NCBI GenBank assembly: GCA_002787355.1
Contig: PCWN01000008.1
Location: forward strand, 4 to 63,438
Direction of reading: 5' to 3'
DNA length: 63,435 nucleotides
Origin: Candidatus Magasanikbacteria bacterium CG11_big_fil_rev_8_21_14_0_20_39_34
GTDB lineage: Bacteria > Patescibacteriota > Patescibacteriia > Magasanikbacterales > UBA922
Position numbers and translations under genes: made by a program. Under the pieces are notes generated by a model that was not told where the DNA came from, searched no databases, and was given only the letters and a program-made list of their open reading frames with translations. Shown one piece after another: positions 37,925 through 47,136 of the stretch (position 1 is the first letter of the stretch; every line of letters begins with the position of its first letter).

Positions 37925-38533
37925 ATGCAGAAAAAATATAAAGGAATTGGATTTGACTGGAGCGGCGTGGTCTACCATTATGGGAGTAGCTACCCCCAAG
38001 CCGTAGAACACCTTTTCGGGATTCCCCCAGAACAGTTTCGTCCTGTATATTTTACCTACAATCATCTTCTCAATGTTGAGAGCCGTGATATCCGGGAAGT
38101 ATGGAAAAAAATATTTTCTCATTTTAATTTGGAAAATGAAGTTGATGCCTTTTTTTCTTATCTCAATAGCCTTCCACCAGGATCTCTCGACCAGGAGATC
38201 ATCCTACTCATTACAGAATTAAAAAAACAAGGATATAAAGTAGGACTCCTTAGTAATCATACTCTCTCTGGTGCACAACATGCACGCTCTATTTGTGATC
38301 TCGATTCTTTATTTGACGTTTCTTTATTTTCTGCAGAAATACACTTTATGAAGCCGCAACCGGAAGCTTTTTTTATTCTCGCCGAAAAACTTGGGATTGA
38401 TATTTCAGAATTACTATTTATAGATGATGCAAAAAAAAGCCTGGAGGGCGCAGAACAAGTTGGCTACACCCCTATACGGTATTTGAATGCAGATCAACTC
38501 AAAAAAGAGCTATCACAGATACTCAATGTCTAA
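37925..38533 (+). CDS. HAD-family hydrolase
   Basis: FDWSGV, LLSN, KPQPEAF, FIDD. Confidence 0.88.
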   Translation: MQKKYKGIGFDWSGVVYHYGSSYPQAVEHLFGIPPEQFRPVYFTYNHLLNVESRDIREVWKKIFSHFNLENEVDAFFSYLNSLPPGSLDQEIILLITELKKQGYKVGLLSNHTLSGAQHARSICDLDSLFDVSLFSAEIHFMKPQPEAFFILAEKLGIDISELLFIDDAKKSLEGAEQVGYTPIRYLNADQLKKELSQILNV

Positions 38534-38615
38534 AGTGATGTTGCTCTAAAAGATATAAAAAAAGGAGAAATGGTAATAACAGATGCTCCACTTGAGAACA
38601 CCGACAATCAAAAAA

Positions 38616-40400
38616 TTAGTGCAAATTTTTTTCAATTGTTTCAACCCTTTCTACAGTTTGAACCCAAAGAATTTCTTTTTCGGATAGAAACTCTTCGAGT
38701 TCCTGATGTCTTTCACTTTTTTCCCTGGAATATTCTGTAGGATGTTTTTCAAACCAATGAAGAATTTTTTGTTTCTCCATTCGGAAAGACTCCATTTCTT
38801 CTTCTAATTTTTGTAGAGCCCTTTTTTCTTTTCGCAGTTCAAGTTGAAGTGCTTTGCGTTCATTTACTGGTGTTGACGCTACCACCTCATTCTTTTCTTC
38901 TCCCACTTCTTCGTCATGTAGATGTTTCTTGAGATGATACACATACTCTTCAAAATTATGTCTATAACGGAGTACCTTTCCTTTTCCAACCTCAATAATT
39001 GCATCCGCAACCGTATTTACAAATGCACGATTATGTGAAACAAACAAAAGTGTTACATTACAGTTTTGTAATGCAACTGCAAGGGACTCAACCGTTTCAA
39101 AATCCAAATGGTTCGTAGGTTCGTCGAGAAGGAGAACTTCATTTTTTTGCAAAAGTAATCCTGCCAGACACAGCCGTGCCTTTTCTCCCCCACTCAAAAG
39201 TGAAATGGGCTTCAATACATCATCACCCCGAAAAAGAAAGTTCCCTGCCATTTTGAGAATCTCCTCTTGTTTTGTTCCGGAAAGGGCTACTCGTTCCAAA
39301 TACTTTTGTACCTGTTCCTCTCCTTTGAGCATAGAGGCAACATGCTGTGAGTAATATCCAATATGTATATCATGAGAAAAACGAAAATTCCCCTTAAGTG
39401 GAGCTATTTCTTCTGTAAGTGTCTTTAAGAATGTAGATTTTCCCTGTCCATTGTCACCCAAAATGGCTATGTGTTCTCCACGATCCACTTCAAAGGTGAT
39501 ATCTTTTGCAACCACTTTATCGCCATACCCAATGTGAAGATCCTCTACACGCAACGCAATCCCCTTTTTATCAGCTACACGCGGGATTTGAATACGCGTA
39601 GTACTCATGGGATGCGCTATATCTATAGTCTTCAGCTTCTGGATTTGTTTTGCTTTGGATTGTGCTTGTGAGGCCTTAGAAGCCTTTGCACTAAAACGAT
39701 CCACAAAAGACTGAAGATGTTGTTTTTCCTTTATGATTTTTTTATTAAACCGTTTCGCCATTTCTATCTGCTCTTCTTTGTATTCCAAGTATTCATCCAA
39801 GGGTCTTGGGTACAATGTTATTTTTCCCTGTTCAATTTCTAAAGTTTCTTTACATGTTTTTCTCAAAAATTCACGATCGTGGGAAATAAGCAAAAAAGTT
39901 CCTCGATACGAATGTAAAAAATCTTCCAGCAGGAGCAATGTAGATAAATCCAAATAGTTTGTTGGTTCATCCAAAAGGAGAATATTTGGATCTGCCAAAA
40001 GCATGGAAATAAGTTTTACACGCATTTGATATCCTCCAGCAAGGGATGCAATGTTTTTTTCCAAAAGTTCATTTTTAATCTGAAATTTTCCTGCCATTTT
40101 TGAGCACTCCCATGGTTCTTTTCCAGAAATTCGAAGCAAAAAATCCATCACCGTTTCATCTGGCAAAAAAAGATCATGCTGCGTAAGATACCCTATTCGT
40201 GTATAGTCTGGGATGAGAATTTCTCCGGAATCTTTTTCTTCTTCTCCCATGATCATTTTAAAAAGGGTGGATTTCCCAGCTCCGTTTCTTCCTATGACAG
40301 CTATTTTTTGTTTATCTACCACCGTCAAACTTGCCTTTTCAAAAAGGATACGCTGCCCGTAGGTCTTATTCAGATTGTTAATTTGTAGCAAAGTAGACAT
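38616..40400 (-). CDS. ABC-F family ATPase
   Basis: Two ABC domains (GRNGAGKS, GDNGQGKS, LLLDEPTN twice), no TMs, C-terminal coiled coil. Confidence 0.93.
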   Translation of the reverse strand: MSTLLQINNLNKTYGQRILFEKASLTVVDKQKIAVIGRNGAGKSTLFKMIMGEEEKDSGEILIPDYTRIGYLTQHDLFLPDETVMDFLLRISGKEPWECSKMAGKFQIKNELLEKNIASLAGGYQMRVKLISMLLADPNILLLDEPTNYLDLSTLLLLEDFLHSYRGTFLLISHDREFLRKTCKETLEIEQGKITLYPRPLDEYLEYKEEQIEMAKRFNKKIIKEKQHLQSFVDRFSAKASKASQAQSKAKQIQKLKTIDIAHPMSTTRIQIPRVADKKGIALRVEDLHIGYGDKVVAKDITFEVDRGEHIAILGDNGQGKSTFLKTLTEEIAPLKGNFRFSHDIHIGYYSQHVASMLKGEEQVQKYLERVALSGTKQEEILKMAGNFLFRGDDVLKPISLLSGGEKARLCLAGLLLQKNEVLLLDEPTNHLDFETVESLAVALQNCNVTLLFVSHNRAFVNTVADAIIEVGKGKVLRYRHNFEEYVYHLKKHLHDEEVGEEKNEVVASTPVNERKALQLELRKEKRALQKLEEEMESFRMEKQKILHWFEKHPTEYSREKSERHQELEEFLSEKEILWVQTVERVETIEKNLH

Positions 40401-40452
40401 ACCGCTCTATTCTAGCAAAGATATCTCTTTAAATAAAGTTTTTATTCTAAAT

Positions 40453-40481
40453 GCAAAAAACCCTCTTGTGGGTTTTTTGTT
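40453..40481 (-). terminator. Terminator of the GC-rich islet gene
   Basis: CAAAAAACCC-tcttgt-GGGTTTTTTG. Confidence 0.7.
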
Positions 40482-40557
40482 CTGATATGGACTCCATTTT
40501 TGAAGAACATATTGGAAGTTTGGTGGGTGTGTTGATAAGGTGGAGTTGGTGAGTGGG

Positions 40558-40797
40558 CTAGCGAGTACGGTGACGAGTCCCCGCACTCCGAATCTGATCC
40601 TCAAAGTGTTCAGGCCTCCTCGTGAAGACCATCAGAGTCCCACCGTTGGATGTCCTGAAGGTGAAGACATGCGTCTGCCCATCACCACAGGTGCTCCTCT
40701 GTTCACCATGCGCGATCTGGGCATCGCTTAGCCCTACGATCGCAGCCGGGAGCGTCCTCTCTCGACGCCCCTGATGATCGACGTCACTTCTTGGCAC
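40558..40797 (-). CDS. GC-rich orphan small protein (79 aa)
   Basis: AAGGAGG 7 nt before GTG 40797. Upstream TTGACT-17-TAAAAT (40879-40851) and a downstream terminator. Two 60-nt lines counted at 58% and 67% GC. Confidence 0.6.
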   Translation of the reverse strand: MPRSDVDHQGRRERTLPAAIVGLSDAQIAHGEQRSTCGDGQTHVFTFRTSNGGTLMVFTRRPEHFEDQIRSAGTRHRTR

Positions 40798-40939
40798 GGG
40801 AGTGCCTCCTTGCATCCGGTTGGTGGGGTATGAACCCCGAATGTGCCAAGATTTTATATTATTTTAGGAAAAAAGTCAATATAAACATGATTGTATGACT
40901 CTAAAATGTATGTTATTATTCAACTGAAAAAATAGAGCT

Positions 40940-41899
40940 ATGCAAAAAAAAGAACTTGAACAATGGGTAGATACTATCTGTCAAAAAACAGGTTTTATAA
41001 AAGAAAAACCCCTAAAATGGGGTACTTTTTACCGTGATGATAACTATAGAAATGCTATCTATCTTGGAAAATATGAGGGGAAAGATGCTGTCCTCAAAGC
41101 ATACGACGACCCCAGAAAACCAGATGAACCAATTGCTTTGCAATATTTCAATGATCACAACCATAACCCCCATCTCCTTGCTCCTCAAATTTATACCTTT
41201 GATAGAGAAACTGCAGAAAGAGGGTTTTTTATAATGGAAAAATTACCAAATGATGCGACTCAAATATCAAAGAATAATAAATTACAATTTTTAAAAATAT
41301 TTCAAGAATATAAAAAATTTTTTCCAAAAACACCACACCGAAAACTTTTTCCAGAAGAAGAGCTTCCCTCCCATCAATTTCATATTGCACGCATTTCCAG
41401 ATGGTTTGAAATGGCAAAGAAAAAACACGATACGGATTTTCCTATGGAAAGGTTTCTTCCTCTTTATCAAAAAAGTTTATCTCTTATTGAAAAAGAATTT
41501 GAAGAAAGACCAAAATATTGGTGCCATGGACATTTTAAAAATGAAGAAGTTTTTTTTAGTGACTCAAAGAATGCCTATTATCTTTTAGACTTTGCACATG
41601 TTCACATGTTTCCTCTTGGATACGAAGAAGCTTTCATTGTTTGGGCAGATTGTCTTATGAATGGAGACTACTCCACTTCCTACATGGAATGGAAAAAAGA
41701 AATTGATACCTGGAAAGCGCTTCTTGTCTCTTCTCTTCAAGAAGAAGGTATACCCCATGCAGAAGAGCTTTTTGATGCCAGTATGCTCGAGAGATGTCTT
41801 GGAACCATACTTGCAGATATAGCAAGTTCAGATAAACCAGAAAAACAAAAATATTATCTTCATCTCTTTTGCTACCTCGAAGAGCTCCTTCAATCCTAA
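40940..41899 (+). CDS. Aminoglycoside-phosphotransferase/kinase-like protein
   Basis: AVLK, FIMEKL, WCHGHFKNEEV, LLDFAH; the Brenner-motif Asp is replaced by His. Confidence 0.65.
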   Translation: MQKKELEQWVDTICQKTGFIKEKPLKWGTFYRDDNYRNAIYLGKYEGKDAVLKAYDDPRKPDEPIALQYFNDHNHNPHLLAPQIYTFDRETAERGFFIMEKLPNDATQISKNNKLQFLKIFQEYKKFFPKTPHRKLFPEEELPSHQFHIARISRWFEMAKKKHDTDFPMERFLPLYQKSLSLIEKEFEERPKYWCHGHFKNEEVFFSDSKNAYYLLDFAHVHMFPLGYEEAFIVWADCLMNGDYSTSYMEWKKEIDTWKALLVSSLQEEGIPHAEELFDASMLERCLGTILADIASSDKPEKQKYYLHLFCYLEELLQS

Positions 41900-41901
41900 G
41901 A

Positions 41902-42564
41902 CTACCAATCAATCTCCTTTTTTCCAACACTTCTGAGAAATGCATTGGTCTTACTAAAATGTTTGCATCCAAAAAATCCACGGTATACAGAAAAGGGTGA
42001 TGGATGTGCAGCTTTGAGAACATAATGTTTTGATTCATCAATAATAGCTCCTTTTTTTTGCGCATAAGCTCCCCAAAGCAAAAAGACTAAATTTTCTTTT
42101 TTATCAGAAAGAAGTTTTATGACGCTATCGGTAAATTCCTCCCAGCCTTTGTTTTGGTGTGATCCTGGTTTTCTCGCCTCTACCGTAAGTGTTGCATTCA
42201 ACAGGAGGACCCCCTGTTTTGCCCAACGCTCTAAGTTTCCAGAAGCTGGCAATTTCTTACCAAGATCCGACTCTATCTCTTTGTATATATTTTGCAATGA
42301 TGGAGGAATAGGAACATTTTCCCCAACAGAAAAGCACAAGCCATTCGCCTGTCCCGGACCATGGTATGGATCTTGACCCAAGATAACCACTTCTACATTA
42401 TCAAAAGTACACCATTCAAATGCCGAAAAAACCTGCCGAGGGGGTGGGTAGATCTTTTTTGAGAGATATTGCTCTCGCACAAATTTTGCCAGTTCTGCAA
42501 AATAAGGCTTTTTAAATTCGTTTTCAAGCTCTTTTTTCCAAGAGTCATCTATTTTTACATCCAT
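41902..42564 (-). CDS. ung: Uracil-DNA glycosylase (family 1)
   Basis: GQDPYH, GLCFSV, PPSLQN, LLLN, HPSP. Confidence 0.97.
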   Translation of the reverse strand: MDVKIDDSWKKELENEFKKPYFAELAKFVREQYLSKKIYPPPRQVFSAFEWCTFDNVEVVILGQDPYHGPGQANGLCFSVGENVPIPPSLQNIYKEIESDLGKKLPASGNLERWAKQGVLLLNATLTVEARKPGSHQNKGWEEFTDSVIKLLSDKKENLVFLLWGAYAQKKGAIIDESKHYVLKAAHPSPFSVYRGFFGCKHFSKTNAFLRSVGKKEIDW

Positions 42565-42665
42565 AGTAAAATTATGATAACAAAAAAATAAACGCTTGAA
42601 TAGTCTGAAATTTATGTTATGATTGACCATATTTCCTACCTTTCAATTCACTATTTTGCCTTCCT

Positions 42666-44039
42666 GTGGTTTTTTCTTCTATTACATTCCTTTTCTTTTT
42701 CCTCCCGACTACACTGATCCTGTATTTTGTGGTCCCAAAAAAGTATAAAAATACTATTCTTTTGCTTTTAAGTCTCCTTTTTTATGCTTGGGGTGAAGGA
42801 ATCTACATTGCCTTTCTTCTTTTGAGTATAGTAGGAAATTTTTTCTGTGCAAAAAAAATTTCACAAAAGGGAAAAGTTCCTTTATTTTTTGGAGTACTTT
42901 TTAATATTCTGCTCCTTGGTGTACTCAAATACGCTTTGTTTTTTACGGAAACCCTAAATTCCGTCTTTCATCTTCATATTTCATCACCCCATATTCATCT
43001 TCCCATTGGTATTTCATTTTTCACCTTTCAGGCACTCTCCTATATTATAGATGTTTACAGAAAAAAAATTCATGTCCAAAAAAGTATAACCAAATTAGGC
43101 CTCTATATATCACTATTTCCACAACTTATAGCAGGTCCAATTGTTCGGTATAGTGATATAGAATCAGAAATTGATACCAGAACTATAAACCTGCAAAAAG
43201 TAACCGAAGGAGCACAGCGCTTTATCATAGGACTTTCAAAGAAGGTTCTTATCGCCAATACCCTAGCATCCACGGCAGATCTTATTCTTGACGGCAACAC
43301 AGATTTGCTTTCCTCCCCCATTGCCTGGCTTGGGATACTCTGTTACACCTTTCAAATATATTTTGATTTTTCAGGATATTCAGATATGGCCATAGGACTT
43401 GGAAAAATGTTTGGCTTCTCCTTTCCAGAAAATTTTCACTATCCCTACATAAGTACATCTATACGAGAGTTTTGGCAACGTTGGCACATTTCTCTTTCCT
43501 CTTGGCTCAAAGATTACCTCTATATCCCCTTGGGAGGAAATAGAAAAGGAATGTACAGAACATATGTAAACTTGATCATTGTATTTTTACTCTGTGGCCT
43601 TTGGCATGGTGCTGCATGGAACTTCATCCTCTGGGGTGGTTACTATGGCATATTTTTAGTCCTTGAACGCATAGGATTCATCCAAAATTTTCTCAAAAAG
43701 ATCCCAAAACTTTTCCTCCATATATATGCTCTTCTTGTTGTGATAATAGGTTGGGTATTTTTTCGCATAGAAAGTATCCCACAGGCATTCCTTTATATAC
43801 AACATATGTTTACCTTTTCCGAATGGAACAACTTTGCTTCGCAATTACAATATTACTTTACACCAAAATTTTCTATCCTCTTTTTATGTGCAATACTTGC
43901 CTCAACCCCAATTGCGCAACTTGTAAAAAGAAAATATAGAATGTATTTCATACAACCTATCCTTATACTCCTTTTGCTTTTATGTTCACTGGAGTTAGCG
44001 TCAGGAAGTTATAATCCATTTATTTACTTTCGATTTTAA
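42666..44039 (+). CDS. algI: MBOAT polysaccharide O-acetyltransferase (AlgI/DltB-like)
   Basis: LPIGISFFTFQ, FPQLIAGPIVRY, YFDFSGYSDMAIG, FWQRWHISLS, GLWHGA, YNPFIYFRF. Confidence 0.92.
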   Translation: MVFSSITFLFFFLPTTLILYFVVPKKYKNTILLLLSLLFYAWGEGIYIAFLLLSIVGNFFCAKKISQKGKVPLFFGVLFNILLLGVLKYALFFTETLNSVFHLHISSPHIHLPIGISFFTFQALSYIIDVYRKKIHVQKSITKLGLYISLFPQLIAGPIVRYSDIESEIDTRTINLQKVTEGAQRFIIGLSKKVLIANTLASTADLILDGNTDLLSSPIAWLGILCYTFQIYFDFSGYSDMAIGLGKMFGFSFPENFHYPYISTSIREFWQRWHISLSSWLKDYLYIPLGGNRKGMYRTYVNLIIVFLLCGLWHGAAWNFILWGGYYGIFLVLERIGFIQNFLKKIPKLFLHIYALLVVIIGWVFFRIESIPQAFLYIQHMFTFSEWNNFASQLQYYFTPKFSILFLCAILASTPIAQLVKRKYRMYFIQPILILLLLLCSLELASGSYNPFIYFRF

Positions 44040-44056
44040 GGTCCTCTATATTTCTT

Positions 44057-45130
44057 ATGAAAAAAATGGTCAGTATACTTTTCTTGGTCCTTTGCGGAGT
44101 AATAATTTTTACGCCATTTTTTTCTATGCCCTTCTTTAAAAACTCTGCTTCGGAAGAAAAACGAGAGAAGGCAACCTTTCCCTCATTCTGGCTCCGTGGC
44201 ATTGCCAGTGCCAACTATTTTCGAGAAATGGATAACTTTTTACAAGATAATTTTGGTTTGAGAGAACAAATGGTAAAAATAAATAGTTTATTCAATCTAC
44301 GTGTCTTACATACATCTTCCAATCCTTTCGTCCTCGTCGGAAAAAATGGATGGCTTTTTTATAATGCAGAAAATGCATATGAAAACTATAGTGGACAAGA
44401 CCTTTTTACAAAAGAAGAATTAGCAAAGATAACAGAAATTCTTCTCACTACAAAAGAAAAGTTAGAAAACAAAAATATTAAATTTCTTTTTGTAATTGCC
44501 CCCAACAAGCACAGTATCTACTCAGACGAACTTCAAAAAATATTTCAAAGAAAAAATACCTTCACACAAACGGATCAAGTAGATACAATTCTTGAAGAAA
44601 ATTCTATTCCCTACTTGGATCTTAGAAAGACACTCTCACAAAATGCACAAAAAATGCAACTGTATTACAAAACAGATACCCATTGGAATAATTTAGGAGC
44701 CTATCTTGCCTATAAAGAAATTTCAAAACAACTTAATTTTGCACCTTATGAATGGAGTTTTCAAATGGGAAGCAAATCCGGTGGAGACCTTTCTGCATTT
44801 CTCTCTCTTAAAGAAAATATAATGGATACTCAAATTATTGCACATCCAAAATTTGAAGCAAAAGCAAAGCTTCTTCCTACCCTTTTTGAAAACCCAAAAA
44901 AAAATCATGACCTGTACACCTTTGGAACGCAAGACACTACACAACCAAAAGCCGTTGTATTCCGAGATTCATTTAGTAATGCCCTTGTCCCCTATTTATC
45001 GGAACATTTTTCTCAAGTTTCTTATGTATGGACCTACAATGTTTTAGACTATATAATAGAAGAGGAACATCCCGATGTAGTTGTTGTAGAAATTGTAGAA
45101 AGATATCTCAATAAACTCCTTGAAGAATAA
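44057..45130 (+). CDS. AlgJ/AlgX-like SGNH O-acetyltransferase
   Basis: GKNGWLF, APNK, TDTHWN, RDSF, VERYL; adjacent to the MBOAT gene. Confidence 0.85.
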   Translation: MKKMVSILFLVLCGVIIFTPFFSMPFFKNSASEEKREKATFPSFWLRGIASANYFREMDNFLQDNFGLREQMVKINSLFNLRVLHTSSNPFVLVGKNGWLFYNAENAYENYSGQDLFTKEELAKITEILLTTKEKLENKNIKFLFVIAPNKHSIYSDELQKIFQRKNTFTQTDQVDTILEENSIPYLDLRKTLSQNAQKMQLYYKTDTHWNNLGAYLAYKEISKQLNFAPYEWSFQMGSKSGGDLSAFLSLKENIMDTQIIAHPKFEAKAKLLPTLFENPKKNHDLYTFGTQDTTQPKAVVFRDSFSNALVPYLSEHFSQVSYVWTYNVLDYIIEEEHPDVVVVEIVERYLNKLLEE

Positions 45131-45163
45131 TCTCTCAAACATCTCATTCCTAATCATTCTCTT

Positions 45164-45667
45164 ATGAAACAAAAAATTCCTATTGCTATTGTCATTCTTC
45201 TTCTTGCACTTGGATTTTTAGGATATAGAAGCTTTCATATCAAACAGTCTGAAAAACACATAGATTCCATAAAACCAGAAATAGTAAAAAGTGAAGAAGA
45301 ATGGAGAAAAATTCTTACACCAGAACAATACAATATCCTTCGAGAAAGTGGAACAGAACCTCCATTTTCAAGTCCGTTGTACCACAATGAGAAAAAAGGA
45401 ATCTATGTGACAGCAGATTGTGATGAAGAAGTATTCAGTTCAGAACAAAAGTTTGACTCCAGAACCGGCTGGCCAAGTTTTTGGGCGCCTATCAAAGAAG
45501 ATGCGGTGGTTTTGGTAGAAGATTGGAGTCTTGGTTATAAACGTGTAGAAATCCGAAGTAAGAAATGTAATAGCCATCTCGGTCACGTATTTGAGGATGG
45601 TCCAAAGCCAACTGGCCTACGATACTGTATAAATGGTACCGCACTCAAATTTATTCCAGAGGAATAA
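45164..45667 (+). CDS. msrB: Peptide-methionine (R)-S-oxide reductase with an N-terminal anchor
   Basis: GTEPPF, GWPSF, HLGHVFEDGP, RYCING. Confidence 0.95.
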   Translation: MKQKIPIAIVILLLALGFLGYRSFHIKQSEKHIDSIKPEIVKSEEEWRKILTPEQYNILRESGTEPPFSSPLYHNEKKGIYVTADCDEEVFSSEQKFDSRTGWPSFWAPIKEDAVVLVEDWSLGYKRVEIRSKKCNSHLGHVFEDGPKPTGLRYCINGTALKFIPEE

Positions 45668-45673
45668 ACCATC

Positions 45674-46822
45674 TCATGTTTTTTTTCGTGAAAAAACATA
45701 TGCTGCCAAAGCAGTTGTTATTGGTACTGCAAAAATAAGGGAAATACTTCCCACCAACATCCGTGCAATCTCTTCAATCAAAATTTCACTGTTCAGTGTA
45801 AGCCAAATAGGTTGTTGATATATGTTGAATAAAAGAAGAAGTGGAAAGGATGCACCTGTGTAGGCTAGTACCAATGTATTCACAAGTGAAATAATATGTT
45901 CTTTTCCGACTGAAAGTCCTCTTTTGTACAGTTCACCGAAAGAGAGACTGGAGTTTGCCTTATGTATTTCATCTACAGATGCCGCTTGCGCTGTAGTGAT
46001 ATCATCTAAAATTCCTAAAGTTCCAATAATGATTCCTCCCAAAAGAAGACCTTGCAAATTGATTTCTCCCTTTGGAGAAAACCTCAAATAAAACGCTTCT
46101 TCACTTCCCAAGCCAAAGAGTCTCATACTATGTACAGCAATATATGCCAAAAGCAATGAAATAAAAATTGTAACAATGGTAGAAAAAAAGGCAATATGCG
46201 TCCGTGGCTTTATGCCATGTGCAACATAAATAGAAAAACAGGCTATAGCCATAGTACCTACAAAACTAATCAAGAAAGGATTCGAACCGGAGATAATTTT
46301 GGGCACAATGAAATACATGATTACAAAAAAACTTAATCCCAAACCGATAAAAGCATGCATACCATGTTTTCCAGCAAAAATAAGTGCTACAAATATAAAG
46401 AAAAGAAAAAACCAAAGAAGTGCATGCAATCTATACACATCAGCGATATAATATGTTTCTTGTGTATCAAACTCATTCAAAGACCTCCCTACCACAACCT
46501 TCTCTCCCATTTTTAAACCTAATTGATCCTCCGCGTTAGAACGAGACTCATACAATAAATTCAATTGTTTTCCCTTAAGATCACCATCAATAAGCTCCAC
46601 TTTAACATTCTGAAAAAATGATTTCGTCCCAAATTCTTCCTTGATCTCCCCTTTTTGAACTTCAACTACTTTTGCCTTAAAGAAAACATCTGCAATGGGA
46701 GTAGAAACGTCTGGGCCATTCCCTAAAACAACTGTAGAGGTTGTCACTTCCTCTTGACTCGTAAATACTATCCCCGGGAAAAGAAAAAGACTCAGTACAG
46801 CATAAATAATAAATTTTTTCAT
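45674..46822 (-). CDS. YibE/F-family membrane protein
   Basis: GIIIGTLGILDDIT, VNTLVLAYTGAS, PITTALA. Confidence 0.9.
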   Translation of the reverse strand: MKKFIIYAVLSLFLFPGIVFTSQEEVTTSTVVLGNGPDVSTPIADVFFKAKVVEVQKGEIKEEFGTKSFFQNVKVELIDGDLKGKQLNLLYESRSNAEDQLGLKMGEKVVVGRSLNEFDTQETYYIADVYRLHALLWFFLFFIFVALIFAGKHGMHAFIGLGLSFFVIMYFIVPKIISGSNPFLISFVGTMAIACFSIYVAHGIKPRTHIAFFSTIVTIFISLLLAYIAVHSMRLFGLGSEEAFYLRFSPKGEINLQGLLLGGIIIGTLGILDDITTAQAASVDEIHKANSSLSFGELYKRGLSVGKEHIISLVNTLVLAYTGASFPLLLLFNIYQQPIWLTLNSEILIEEIARMLVGSISLIFAVPITTALAAYVFSRKKT

Positions 46823-46884
46823 ACATTCTTTGAAATTTTGTATAATGACAATAGTATAGCGTTTTAGCTTCCTTCTTTCAACTC

Positions 46885-46913
46885 TTGACCAAAAAAGGGA
46901 AATTTACTATAAT
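46885..46913 (+). promoter_or_regulatory. Sigma70 promoter of tRNA-Thr
   Basis: TTGACC, 17 bp, TATAAT. Confidence 0.8.
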
Positions 46914-46928
46914 AAAGCACGTTAATAA

Positions 46929-47001
46929 GCCGTCATAGCTCAGTTGGTAGAGCGTATCCATGGTAAGGATAAGGTCCCCAGTTCAATCCTGGGTGACGGC
47001 T
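46929..47001 (+). tRNA. trnT: tRNA-Thr (anticodon GGT), CCA not encoded
   Basis: Acceptor GCCGTCA/TGACGGC, D-arm GCTCAGTTGGTAGAGC, anticodon arm TATCC-ATGGTAA-GGATA, T-arm CCCAG-TTCAATC-CTGGG. Confidence 0.95.
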
Positions 47002-47090
47002 CAATATTTTCTGTAATAAAAAATCGCTGTATTAAGCGATTTTTGTTTTTGATATTGCTTTACCCTGAACCAAGGTTTGAACTTGATGTA
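46997..47090 (+). repeat. tRNA-Thr downstream unit, copy 1 (core, terminator, eroded promoter)
   Basis: CGGCTCAATATTTT...AAAAATCGCT-gtatta-AGCGATTTTTGTTTTT...AGGTTTGAACT. Confidence 0.85.
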
Positions 47091-47136
47091 CTAATTTTTA
47101 GAATTGTATTGGCACCAACATTAGTGTCAGCATATT

